NCBI GenBank assembly: GCA_023246655.1
Contig: JAHFHX010000005.1
Location: 67 to 64,066 of the forward strand
Reading direction: 5' to 3'
DNA length: 64,000 nt
Origin: Candidatus Magasanikiibacteriota bacterium
GTDB taxonomy: Bacteria > Patescibacteriota > Patescibacteriia > Magasanikbacterales > GWA2-37-8
Part shown: piece after piece, positions 12,601-20,531 of the stretch
Numbering within the stretch: the stretch's first letter is position 1
Layout of the letters: every line of letters starts with the position of its first letter
Notes under the pieces: model-generated
The model's database searches: none
Seen by the model: only the letters and a program-made list of their open reading frames with translations
What the model was told of the DNA's origin: nothing
Program-made: the position numbers and the translations under genes

Positions 12601-13484
12601 AAGTGCGTTCCCCCAAACATCAAGCGGTGTTAGCCGACGTCGATGGTAAAATAGAAATTGAAGATGCCGACGGTAAAATTGTTACTTCACCAACGGGCAA
12701 GAAAATTTTTGAAGGCCGCCGCGGACAAAAAATTATCAAGATTCATTTTGAAGGTTTAGATGAAATGAAAATTAAGTATAAGTCTGAAGATGAAGTGGTG
12801 GCAAAAGATGGTGCGGAAGTAAATGTTGATGATGTCTTGGTAGTACGCGGTGCGTCGGGCGAAGAGATTAAAGCTAAATATTCTGGTCGTGTGGCGGTGA
12901 CAAAAACCACGGTCACGCTACATTATGAAGGCCCGCGGGTGCGCGAAAATATTATCCCCCTGGGGTATAAATTGTATGTTAAGACGGGTGACACGGTAGA
13001 AAAAGGTGCTCAAATGACGGATGGCAGTATCAATCTGCAGCAACTTTTTGAACTCAAGGGTCGCGCCGCGGTGCAGCGCTATATCTTGCAAGAAGTGCAG
13101 AATATTTATTCCTCACAAGGTCAGAAAGTGAACGATAAACATGTGGAACTTATTATTCGTCAGATGTTTAGCCGGGTATATGTAGAAGATGCGGGGGACA
13201 CGGATCTCTTGCCGGGAGAAGTGGTAGAGAAAGCACAGGTTGATCAGTCCAACCGTTTAGCTAAAAAAGAAGGGGGCAAGCTAGCGGCAGCCCGTGAATT
13301 ACTCCTTGGCATTAGTAAAGTGGCTTTAACAACGCAAAGCTTCCTCTCCGCCGCCTCATTCCAAGAGACCGCACGTATTCTTATTAATACCGCTTCAACC
13401 GGTAAGATTGATCACCTCGAAGGCCTTAAGGAAAATGTGATCATCGGCCGCCTGATTCCGGCAGGGACGGGGTTCAAACAGTGA
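9612..13484 (+). CDS. rpoC: DNA-directed RNA polymerase subunit beta'
   Basis: 1290 aa; Zn-finger CxxC...CxxC, NADFDGD active site. Confidence 0.97.
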   Translation: MSRELTHSIHFDAIRLKLASPEVIRSWSYGEVSKPETINYRTQKPEKGGLFAEEIFGPTKDWECYCGKYKKIRYKGIVCDKCGVEVTHSLVRRERMGHIELVAPAAHIWFLRSVPSKVGLVLDLGAQALEKVIYFASFIITHVDEPGKKQTADLLRQEFKVKKKQIEHEHEETLKRAADDKATQKALDKIQDETERKRKALEADFTSAERELKELQVMRIISENKYQELSLRYGHLFEASIGAEGIYHLLSRINVEETIKKLTVEQQQAKGTKLERIIRRKKLLKSLAMNSIRPEWMVLKNIPVIPPDLRPMVALDGGRFATSDLNDLYRRVINRNNRLRRLLELDAPEVICRNEKRMLQEAVDALIDNSARHSKTVTASTGQKRQLRSLADILKGKQGRFRQNLLGKRVDYSGRSVIVVGPQLSIDECGLPKRMALELFKPFIMGEIIKRELAHNVRSASRFIESQVDEVWDILEELTKTSRVMLNRAPTLHRLGIQAFHPRLVEGKAIQLHPLVCTAFNADFDGDQMAVHLPLTAEARWEAENLMAAEKNLLKPATGQPVITPKQDIALGCFYLTKSDVDDSATTIKYFGSEKEAKLAYKMRTATLHERVKVRFTKLDKFPAETPALIETTVGRILFNEVVPDKLPYYNETITVKKLASIIRLCLELYGQQDTAFFLDELKNLGYRYVTKSGYSLGMDDFPKIVQKPSLIREGDERVRVMEEQYREGLLTQGERHAKILEIWTETKDKILSNTRDVLDKHGPVFAMIDSGARGTYGQLGQVMGMKGLVVSPSGDIIELPIKGNFKEGFDVLEFFISSHGTRKGLSDTALRTANAGYLTRRLVDVSQDVIVIEDDCGDKEGEIFTAEQSREMGEKLSDRVWSRYVLADVKVGSTVIVPAGEAINDRAARLVDEHNITSIHVRSIMQCRLAKGVCRKCYGFDLGSNQPAEMGTAVGIIAAQSIGEPGTQLTLRTFHTGGVAGGDITQGLPRVEELFEVRSPKHQAVLADVDGKIEIEDADGKIVTSPTGKKIFEGRRGQKIIKIHFEGLDEMKIKYKSEDEVVAKDGAEVNVDDVLVVRGASGEEIKAKYSGRVAVTKTTVTLHYEGPRVRENIIPLGYKLYVKTGDTVEKGAQMTDGSINLQQLFELKGRAAVQRYILQEVQNIYSSQGQKVNDKHVELIIRQMFSRVYVEDAGDTDLLPGEVVEKAQVDQSNRLAKKEGGKLAAARELLLGISKVALTTQSFLSAASFQETARILINTASTGKIDHLEGLKENVIIGRLIPAGTGFKQ

Positions 13485-13508
13485 AGTGAATAGAGGAATA
13501 AAGAAATA

Positions 13509-13538
13509 AAAAGACGCCCCAACCGGGGGGCGTCTTTT
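13509..13538 (+). terminator. rho-independent terminator after rpoC
   Basis: gacgcccc-aacc-ggggggcgtc stem followed by tttt. Confidence 0.7.
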
Positions 13539-13625
13539 GGTGTTGACAATTATTAACACGCCTCGCCGGCCTCTTCTTATATGTACGAATTATTCGCAGA
13601 TATAAAGAGAGGCTATTGTACAATC

Positions 13626-13654
13626 TTGACACTAATTCTAAATGCAATTACAAT
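13626..13654 (+). promoter_or_regulatory. sigma70-type promoter (TTGACA-17-TACAAT) upstream of peroxiredoxin
   Basis: Perfect -35, 17-nt spacer, TACAAT -10 about 55 nt upstream of ATG 13712. Confidence 0.55.
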
Positions 13655-13711
13655 CACAAGAGCATTCTCACGAGCTCTTGTTTTAATTAGCCTCTAAATA
13701 ATTTTACAATT

Positions 13712-14296
13712 ATGGTTGAAGCAGCTTTTCAAATTCCACTCATCGGGCAATCTTTGCCTGAGATGGAACTTACAATGTATCATGAGGATAAAGAAAAAAT
13801 TATTAAACTCTCCAGTTATCGTGGTCAATGGCTCATCCTCTTTTTTTATCCCGCCGACTTTACCTTTATTTGTCCCACCGAACTCGAAGAGATGGCTGTC
13901 AACTATCCTGAGTTTCAAAAGCTTAATGCCGAAGTATTAAGTGTCTCGACCGACACCGTTTTTGTTCACAAAGCGTGGCATGATAACTCCCCAGCTATCA
14001 AAAAAATAAATTTTCCCATGGTCGCAGACCCCACGGGCGAATTGTGTAAATCACTTGGCGTATATATTCCCCGTGAAGGCTTAGCATTGCGTGGTACTTT
14101 TATTATTGATCCTGATGGTATAATTAAAGCCATGGAGGCACACGATAACAGCATCGGCCGCTCTGCGTCTGAACTCTTGCGCAAACTCCAAGCCGCGCAA
14201 TATGTACGTGAACACGGGGGCGAAGTCTGCCCCGCCTCGTGGCGCCCGGGCGGGGCAACGCTCAAGCCGGGGATGGATTTGGTGGGGAAATTATAG
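13712..14296 (+). CDS. 2-Cys peroxiredoxin (AhpC/Prx1 family)
   Basis: FTFICPTE peroxidatic Cys motif, resolving Cys near C-terminus (EVCPASW). Confidence 0.85.
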   Translation: MVEAAFQIPLIGQSLPEMELTMYHEDKEKIIKLSSYRGQWLILFFYPADFTFICPTELEEMAVNYPEFQKLNAEVLSVSTDTVFVHKAWHDNSPAIKKINFPMVADPTGELCKSLGVYIPREGLALRGTFIIDPDGIIKAMEAHDNSIGRSASELLRKLQAAQYVREHGGEVCPASWRPGGATLKPGMDLVGKL

Positions 14297-14316
14297 AATT
14301 AAGAATCAAGAATTCT

Positions 14317-14895
14317 ATGTCATATCAACCAAAAAATTACGATCACCTCCTTGGCACCCCTGGCTTTAGTGATCAACTTCTCAGAAATCATTTTACGCTC
14401 TATCAGGGTTACGTCACCAATACCAACAAATTATCCGACGAGCTCGCTCAACTCACCAAAGATGGCAAGGCCGGCACGCCGGCGTATGCCGAAATGAAAC
14501 GCCGAATAGGTTGGGAATTTGATGGTATGCGCCTCCATGAATATTACTTTGGAAACATGTCAAAAACGAGTTCAAAGTTATCAAGTGGAAAGTTATCAAG
14601 TGCGCTCGAAAAAGATTTTGGTAGTTACGAAGCGTGGGAAAAAGATTTTAAAGCCGTCGGCATGATGCGCGGGATAGGTTGGGTCATTTTATATTGGGAT
14701 AAGGAGGCAGATCGGCTCTTCAATGTGTGGATCAATGAGCATGATGTCGGTCACTTTGCTGGCTGCACACCTATTCTCATTATGGACGTATTTGAACACG
14801 CCTTTATGTTAGATTATGGCACCAAACGGGCAGATTATATAGAGGCCTTCTTTAAAGCAATTGATTGGGTAGTGGTAGAAAATCGGCTAGTTTAA
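14317..14895 (+). CDS. Fe/Mn superoxide dismutase-like protein
   Basis: Start moved to in-frame ATG 14317 (MSYQPK); SOD motifs DVFEHAF and GWVILYWD; N-terminal His motif atypical. Confidence 0.65.
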   Translation: MSYQPKNYDHLLGTPGFSDQLLRNHFTLYQGYVTNTNKLSDELAQLTKDGKAGTPAYAEMKRRIGWEFDGMRLHEYYFGNMSKTSSKLSSGKLSSALEKDFGSYEAWEKDFKAVGMMRGIGWVILYWDKEADRLFNVWINEHDVGHFAGCTPILIMDVFEHAFMLDYGTKRADYIEAFFKAIDWVVVENRLV

Positions 14896-14936
14896 GAAAT
14901 AGATTATCTTACTGTTCCTTGTAATTTCCACTCTTT

Positions 14937-15329
14937 ATGTCTTTTTTTGAGCAAGAAGCAGTACCGACACCCCTGTCGGAACCGGCAGCAATAAGAACAA
15001 GTGATTTTACCCTTGGTATTTCTGATATTGGCGATGATCCGATTGCAGAATTAGAAGAGGACCCACGCCCTGATTTGCCTCGTGCGATGCGATTATTTCG
15101 CGACTATGGTTTCCACCGCGGCGATTGGGTTCGAGGTGAGCCTGGTGGTGGAGATAAGGAGTGGAAAATAATAAAATTTATTGGCCATGTCGCTAATCCA
15201 TCAATACCAGCAGTTATGATAGCACACCGGTCTGGTGATTTTAAGACGTTGACTTTTGGAGAATTTAGAGAACTCAATATCGTAGAAAATACCGGTGCTA
15301 AGCCGATAGTAACCGGTAGCAAAAAATAA
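14937..15329 (+). CDS. hypothetical protein
   Basis: 130-aa ORF in native AT-rich context between sod and capA-like gene. Confidence 0.35.
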   Translation: MSFFEQEAVPTPLSEPAAIRTSDFTLGISDIGDDPIAELEEDPRPDLPRAMRLFRDYGFHRGDWVRGEPGGGDKEWKIIKFIGHVANPSIPAVMIAHRSGDFKTLTFGEFRELNIVENTGAKPIVTGSKK

Positions 15330-15443
15330 GATAAAACAGTAGAGTTACTGCAATAATGGCGATGAAGCCATTTTTTAATACCCGAGCACCGAATTGACGG
15401 AGAACTCATTTTTGTCTAAAATAAAAGAAATTTTAACAATCCC

Positions 15444-16736
15444 ATGCCGTCATCGCTCGTGAAAAAATTAATCGTTGTTGGTTGCGTGTTGCTGGGCGCA
15501 GTAGGGGCAACAGTATTTTTGTGCTTGCATATGCAACCTCCAATAATTGCCCGCAATAATCCTGAGCCAAATACGTCGTTCGCTGTATTATCCACCACAA
15601 TTAAAATCCCCATACTTACATTTGCCTCTGTCGAAAATTCTCTCACTACCGTGAGTTCCACGGTTAGCCTCTACCACATTTTTACCAACGATGTTATAGC
15701 TGCCAAGCAAGCTAATTCTTCTACCATTTCGCTCCAATTTTTTGGCGATATGATGCTTGATCGTAATGTTGCAAAAAGTATGGGTAGTCGTGGACTTGAT
15801 TATATTTTTGCCAAGGTGAATTGTCATCCTGAGCCCGGAATGACCAGGTGCGATAATAGAATGTTTGGAGCTGCGGACATTCTCATAGCTAACTTGGAAG
15901 GTCCTTTTGCACCAACCCGCGTGTTCACAACTAAGTCGATTGCCTTCCGTTTTGATCCCAAATGGGCGAAACAGCTCAAACACTACGGCTTCACCGCCTT
16001 TACACTCGCCAATAACCATACCATGGACATGGGTGCGGCGAATAGTAACTTTACGCGCAAAGTGCTTGCCGAAAACGGGATTAATTATTTTGGTCAGGAA
16101 TATAAAGAAAGTCCGAGTTTGACGTGGTATGCCACGTCGACCCCTCCGCACCTCCCCTTCGTAAGGGGAGGTCAATTATCCCCTCCTTACGAAGGAGGGG
16201 ATCAAGGGGTGGTTTCGTCGTCGGTCGCTCTTCCCGCCACCATCGCCTTCATTGGCATTGAAACCGTCGATCATCCTATCAACAAAGCCCAAGTCCTGGC
16301 TGCTCTGAACGAAGCCAAACAAAAAACTCGCTACATAATCGTCAACGTGCACGGTGGCGTAGAATACAAACGTATCTCCACGAAAGCACAACGCACGTTA
16401 TACCACTGGCTCATCGACAACGGCGCCACGGCCGTCATCGGTCACCATCCCCACGTTGTTGAGGAGATGGAAATGTACAAGGGCGCTCCTATTTTTTATT
16501 CCCTCGGTAATTTTATTTTTGATCAGTATTTTTCCAAAGACACCCAAGAAGGGTTGAGTGTCGGATTGACTTTGCAGGACGGAGGAGTAAAATCGGTGTA
16601 TCTCTTTCCGTTTTTTGGGGTTAAGTCGCAGGTACAGCTGATGACGGGGGAACGACGAGATGGATTTTTGAAATGGATGGAAGATAATAGTCGGTTGGAT
16701 GGTCATACGATCACCAACGGAAAAGTCCAACTATAA
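15444..16736 (+). CDS. CapA/PGA_cap family metallophosphatase-like protein
   Basis: N-terminal TM, FFGDMMLDR, ANLEGP, LANNHTMD motifs typical of CapA; palindromic insert in frame at 16141-16203. Confidence 0.7.
   Translation: MPSSLVKKLIVVGCVLLGAVGATVFLCLHMQPPIIARNNPEPNTSFAVLSTTIKIPILTFASVENSLTTVSSTVSLYHIFTNDVIAAKQANSSTISLQFFGDMMLDRNVAKSMGSRGLDYIFAKVNCHPEPGMTRCDNRMFGAADILIANLEGPFAPTRVFTTKSIAFRFDPKWAKQLKHYGFTAFTLANNHTMDMGAANSNFTRKVLAENGINYFGQEYKESPSLTWYATSTPPHLPFVRGGQLSPPYEGGDQGVVSSSVALPATIAFIGIETVDHPINKAQVLAALNEAKQKTRYIIVNVHGGVEYKRISTKAQRTLYHWLIDNGATAVIGHHPHVVEEMEMYKGAPIFYSLGNFIFDQYFSKDTQEGLSVGLTLQDGGVKSVYLFPFFGVKSQVQLMTGERRDGFLKWMEDNSRLDGHTITNGKVQL
16141..16203. repeat. palindromic insert (ctccccttcgtaaggggag / cccctccttacgaaggagggg) in frame in capA-like gene
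   Basis: 63 bp (21 codons) translating to PPHLPFVRGGQLSPPYEGGDQ. Confidence 0.6.
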
Positions 16737-16908
16737 TTGCCCCCCGAGGGGGGAACGGCGACACAACAATTTCTAATACTTACTACTTGCTACTAAATAC
16801 TTCACACACTATGTCCGGTCACTCCAAATGGCACCCCGCACAATGCCTCTCCGCCCAAGGCGGATCGGCCTATACGGGGCAGGCAACATCTAAGTAGCTT
16901 TCATCCAT

Positions 16909-17631
16909 ATGTCGGGACATTCAAAATGGCACAACATACAAGTAAGAAAAGGTGCGCAAGATGCCAAGAAGGCTAATGTCTTTACCAAATACGCTAAGGC
17001 CATTACCATTGCTGCACAAAAAGGTGGTGATCCAGCCACCAATTTCTCACTCCGCCTCGCGGTTGATAAAGCACGCGCTGTCGGGATGCCCAAAGACAAC
17101 ATCGATCGTGCCATAAAGCGTGGCACCGGTGAACTCAAAGGCGAAGCCAAGATGGAGGAAGTTCTCTACGAGGCCTACGGTCCGGGTGGTGTCGCTATCC
17201 TCATCAAAGCCGTCACCGACAACAAAAATCGTACCGTTTCTGACCTCAAGCATATTCTCAACCTGCATGGAGGATCTTTTGGCAGCGCGGGGAGTGTGCA
17301 GTGGATGTTTGGGCAGTGGGGAGTGGTTGTAGTTAACAAAGAACAAATAACAATTAACAAAGATAAGCTCGAACTTGAATTGATTGAGGCGGGAGCGGAA
17401 GATATTGGAGATAGTGATGGAGATATAGAGATAAAAACGAAAGTCGAAAATTTTCAAAAAGTTTTGCATAAACTCAAAGAACTTGGAATCGAACCGAAAG
17501 ATTCGGGGATCCGGTGGATTGCAAAAGATACGACAGAGATAGATAGAGATACCGGAGGTGAGCTGGGGGAATTATTTACTGAGCTGGAGAGCCACGATGA
17601 TGTGGAAGATTATTTTACGAATGCGGAATAA
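16909..17631 (+). CDS. yebC: YebC/PmpR family DNA-binding regulator
   Basis: MSGHSKWHNIQ...RAIKRG signature; 240 aa. Confidence 0.9.
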   Translation: MSGHSKWHNIQVRKGAQDAKKANVFTKYAKAITIAAQKGGDPATNFSLRLAVDKARAVGMPKDNIDRAIKRGTGELKGEAKMEEVLYEAYGPGGVAILIKAVTDNKNRTVSDLKHILNLHGGSFGSAGSVQWMFGQWGVVVVNKEQITINKDKLELELIEAGAEDIGDSDGDIEIKTKVENFQKVLHKLKELGIEPKDSGIRWIAKDTTEIDRDTGGELGELFTELESHDDVEDYFTNAE

Positions 17632-17665
17632 TATACGAATTTTATAAAATGACAAATACAAAATT

Positions 17666-18151
17666 ATGATAAGTACATTACTATCGGATTTTTCTAGAGT
17701 TTGGCTGTTTCCAAAAGATAAAAATTATCTGGGCGGGCTTAATGAGCTATATGATAAATTAAAAAAACAAGGAAAGTTCAATTTTTTTGATTATTTTGAG
17801 CTCAACGAAGAGCTTTTGACCAAAGTAAAAGATTGGAATCAAAAACTAGAGATATATATTTTTACAACTGGTCATATACAAAATACTCCGGGTGTCATAG
17901 AACGCGTTAAGCCGTTGGTGAAGGGAATTTATTCCGCGGAAGATTTACCCATTAATAAATTATCTCCCGAAGGCTTTGTCTATATGGCCCAACTCATTGG
18001 TAAAAAATCGGAAGAAATTTTGTATATCGACGATAAAGCAGCAAATCTAGAAAGAGCGCAACAGGCAGGAACAGCAATCTGCTTGTATACAGAAAATAAA
18101 TTGTTGTTTCAACATATCGATAATCTGTCTAATCAAAGTAAATCAGCGTAA
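17666..18151 (+). CDS. HAD-like hydrolase domain protein (degenerate N-terminal motif)
   Basis: C-terminal LYIDDKAANLERAQQAGT resembles HAD motif III/IV; no DxD nucleophile motif. Confidence 0.35.
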   Translation: MISTLLSDFSRVWLFPKDKNYLGGLNELYDKLKKQGKFNFFDYFELNEELLTKVKDWNQKLEIYIFTTGHIQNTPGVIERVKPLVKGIYSAEDLPINKLSPEGFVYMAQLIGKKSEEILYIDDKAANLERAQQAGTAICLYTENKLLFQHIDNLSNQSKSA

Positions 18152-18159
18152 TCTGTGTT

Positions 18160-18693
18160 ATGGTCCGCATTCTCGGTATCGACCCCGGCTTTGGCCGCAT
18201 TGGCTACGGGGTAATTGAACACAAGAAAAACAGCACTGACTGGCAAGCCGTTAGTTATGGTTGTATTTCCACCAACCCCAAGGAAACCTTCGTTGAACGC
18301 CTCAAAGACCTGCATGAAGAACTCATCGATCTCATCAAAGAATACCAGCCTACCCGCATGGCTGTGGAAGAATTATTTTTTTTCAAGAATTTAAAAACCG
18401 CCATTGAAGTTGCCCAAGCTCGTGGAGTGATTCTTCTCACGGCAGTTGAAAGCAGTCTCCCCGTCGACGAATTTACTCCGCTTCAAGTAAAACAAGCCAT
18501 GACCGGCTACGGCCGGGCCGAAAAAGGTCAAATGCAAAAAATGGTGGCGATGATTTTAGGAATCAAAGGCAAAATTAAATCCGACGACGCGGCGGATGCG
18601 CTGGCGGTGGCGCTGACGGCGGGTCAGTCACTCTGGGTCGCAAAAATAAAATCCGGATATACGGATGCATCCGGATCTACAGATAAAAAATAA
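18160..18693 (+). CDS. ruvC: crossover junction endodeoxyribonuclease RuvC
   Basis: ILGIDPGFGRIGYGVIE N-terminus, catalytic acidic residues; C-terminal 12 aa encoded by inverted repeat. Confidence 0.9.
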   Translation: MVRILGIDPGFGRIGYGVIEHKKNSTDWQAVSYGCISTNPKETFVERLKDLHEELIDLIKEYQPTRMAVEELFFFKNLKTAIEVAQARGVILLTAVESSLPVDEFTPLQVKQAMTGYGRAEKGQMQKMVAMILGIKGKIKSDDAADALAVALTAGQSLWVAKIKSGYTDASGSTDKK

Positions 18694-19133
18694 GTGATTA
18701 ATTTTATAAATATGGAGGGAAAATTACTACATGAGGAATTAACTTATAAAATTAGAGGTTTACTTTTTAATATCCATAACGAGCTCGGTAGATTTAGAAA
18801 TGAACAACAATATTGTGATGCTTTAGAAAATGTATTAAAAGAGAATAATATTGTTTATCAACGAGAATTTATTTTACCACCATCTTTTGACGGAGAGAAA
18901 AAAGGAAGGAATAAAGTTGATTTTTTAATCGAAGGAAAGATTATTATTGAAGCAAAATGCGTTTCTTTTCTTAATAAAGATAACTATTTCCAATGTCAAC
19001 GTTATCTCAACTCACTCAATCTCGATTTGGCATTATTGGTAAACTTTAGGTCTAAAAATTTGTTAATCCGACGTATTCTTAATTCTAGTCGTCTACAAAA
19101 TCCGTAAATCCGGATGCATCCGTATATCCGGAT
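18651..19133. mobile_element. IR-flanked cassette carrying a GxxExxY-family ORF
   Basis: Perfect 26-bp inverted repeats atccggatatacggatgcatccggat (18651-18676) and its reverse complement (19108-19133) flank ORF 18694-19107. Confidence 0.7.
18694..19107 (+). CDS. GxxExxY family protein (PD-(D/E)XK-like)
   Basis: 137 aa; homologous to ORF 29281-29691 at both N- and C-terminal blocks; family typical of rRNA intervening sequences. Confidence 0.7.
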   Translation: MINFINMEGKLLHEELTYKIRGLLFNIHNELGRFRNEQQYCDALENVLKENNIVYQREFILPPSFDGEKKGRNKVDFLIEGKIIIEAKCVSFLNKDNYFQCQRYLNSLNLDLALLVNFRSKNLLIRRILNSSRLQNP

Positions 19134-19144
19134 ATGGTTCCTCT

Positions 19145-19609
19145 ATGGCTAATCAGCAGTTTATCCTCATCCTCCCCAACATCCGCAGTGGCCACAACGT
19201 CGGCGCCATGTTTAGGACAGCCGACGGTGCTGGTGTCGACAAAATCTATCTCACCGGTTACAGTCCCTGTCCGCCCCATCCCCAAGTGGACAAAGTCTCC
19301 CTCGGCGCCGAAAAGTCCGTACCCTGGGAATACGTTAAACAACCCGGGCGGCTGCTCAAAAAACTCAAAGCCGAAGGGTATCATATTGTTGCCTTGGAGC
19401 AAACTAAAAAGAGTGTTACACTATACCAATGGCAGCCGCAGTTTCCCTTAGCACTTATTGTCGGCAACGAAAAAACCGGTGTCACTAAAAACCTCCTTAA
19501 GTATTGCGATGAGACAGTTGAAATCACTATGCGAGGGAAAAAGAGGAGTCTCAATGTCAGCGTGGCGGCGGGAGTAGCGATGTACTATATAGGTAGTAAA
19601 TCTATCTGA
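19145..19609 (+). CDS. SpoU/TrmH family RNA 2'-O-methyltransferase
   Basis: SPOUT fold motifs (HNVGAMFRTADGAG, LIVGNEKTGV, SLNVSVAAGVAMY). Confidence 0.8.
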   Translation: MANQQFILILPNIRSGHNVGAMFRTADGAGVDKIYLTGYSPCPPHPQVDKVSLGAEKSVPWEYVKQPGRLLKKLKAEGYHIVALEQTKKSVTLYQWQPQFPLALIVGNEKTGVTKNLLKYCDETVEITMRGKKRSLNVSVAAGVAMYYIGSKSI

Positions 19610-19624
19610 TTAGATTGAAAAATT

Positions 19625-19732
19625 TCTAAGTATCTAATTTCTAATGTCTAATATAAGGTCAAATGACAAAATTGGACATTGGAAATTTTATTAGAAATTA
19701 GACATTAGGTGAATTAGACATTTATGGAGTCC
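19625..19732. repeat. inverted-repeat element family D
   Basis: ctaatttctaat ... ttagaaattag IRs, paralog of 5223-5330. Confidence 0.75.
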
Positions 19733-20452
19733 ACTATTTCTCTCTTCCGCCATCTCTACGACCATCTTCCGCCGCTTTTCCCCGACGAGGTGAAACAAAA
19801 GATGTCGCACGCTCTGAATCATTTAGAAAACGATCAAACCATCACGCTCGAAGAAGTTGAGGACACCATGATTGAATTTGGGATAGAAGCGTGGCCATGG
19901 AATCAGGCGTATAAAGAATTTTTGGCTTTGGCCGAGTCCAAAGTGGGGGAACATTTTTTGCTTCCTAAATTGTCTGCCAGCCTTCAGCAAAAGTATCATG
20001 ATTTTAAAGTTTATGGAGGAACCTTGCGCGATTTGCACTCTGGAAATCCAGCCCAATTTTTTACTTCAGAAGAACGTGGTGAAGTGTGCGCCGCCCTTGT
20101 GGATATGCAGCTTGAACTGAGAGTGTACGTTGATCATGAAGTTAAAGGAATGGAGAGAAGCCGATATCTTAAACGCGTGGGAGAGTTTAAGGATCTCTTG
20201 GAGAACATTGAACAAACATTAGAACACCTTCGTAATCTTGCTAATACGGAACAAGATCATCCTACTCTCGCCGACGAAATCCGGGCCCGCGTTCGGAGTT
20301 TTGAGCATAGCCTCTGTCTCCTTGGGCCAGAGCTTAATTATGATGCTATTTGTCAGTCGGCTGATTTTTTCAAGGAACGCAAATTGCATCTCAGCCATAT
20401 GAAGGGTATCCACGTGCCGACAGAGGTGGATTTTTACACACAAATGGATTGA
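19724..20452 (+). CDS. hypothetical protein
   Basis: 242-aa ORF with native composition and no recognisable motifs. Confidence 0.4.
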   Translation: MESTISLFRHLYDHLPPLFPDEVKQKMSHALNHLENDQTITLEEVEDTMIEFGIEAWPWNQAYKEFLALAESKVGEHFLLPKLSASLQQKYHDFKVYGGTLRDLHSGNPAQFFTSEERGEVCAALVDMQLELRVYVDHEVKGMERSRYLKRVGEFKDLLENIEQTLEHLRNLANTEQDHPTLADEIRARVRSFEHSLCLLGPELNYDAICQSADFFKERKLHLSHMKGIHVPTEVDFYTQMD

Positions 20453-20531
20453 CAAATTTTGCAGATGATATATAATCACCGCAATTTTTTAATATGTCTA
20501 AATCTTCACATAATCTGTCTAAATCCGTATT

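Noticed and set aside
16890-17469. ORFs 16890-17150(-) and 17047-17469(-) opposite yebC
   Set aside because: Antisense to a confidently identified gene.
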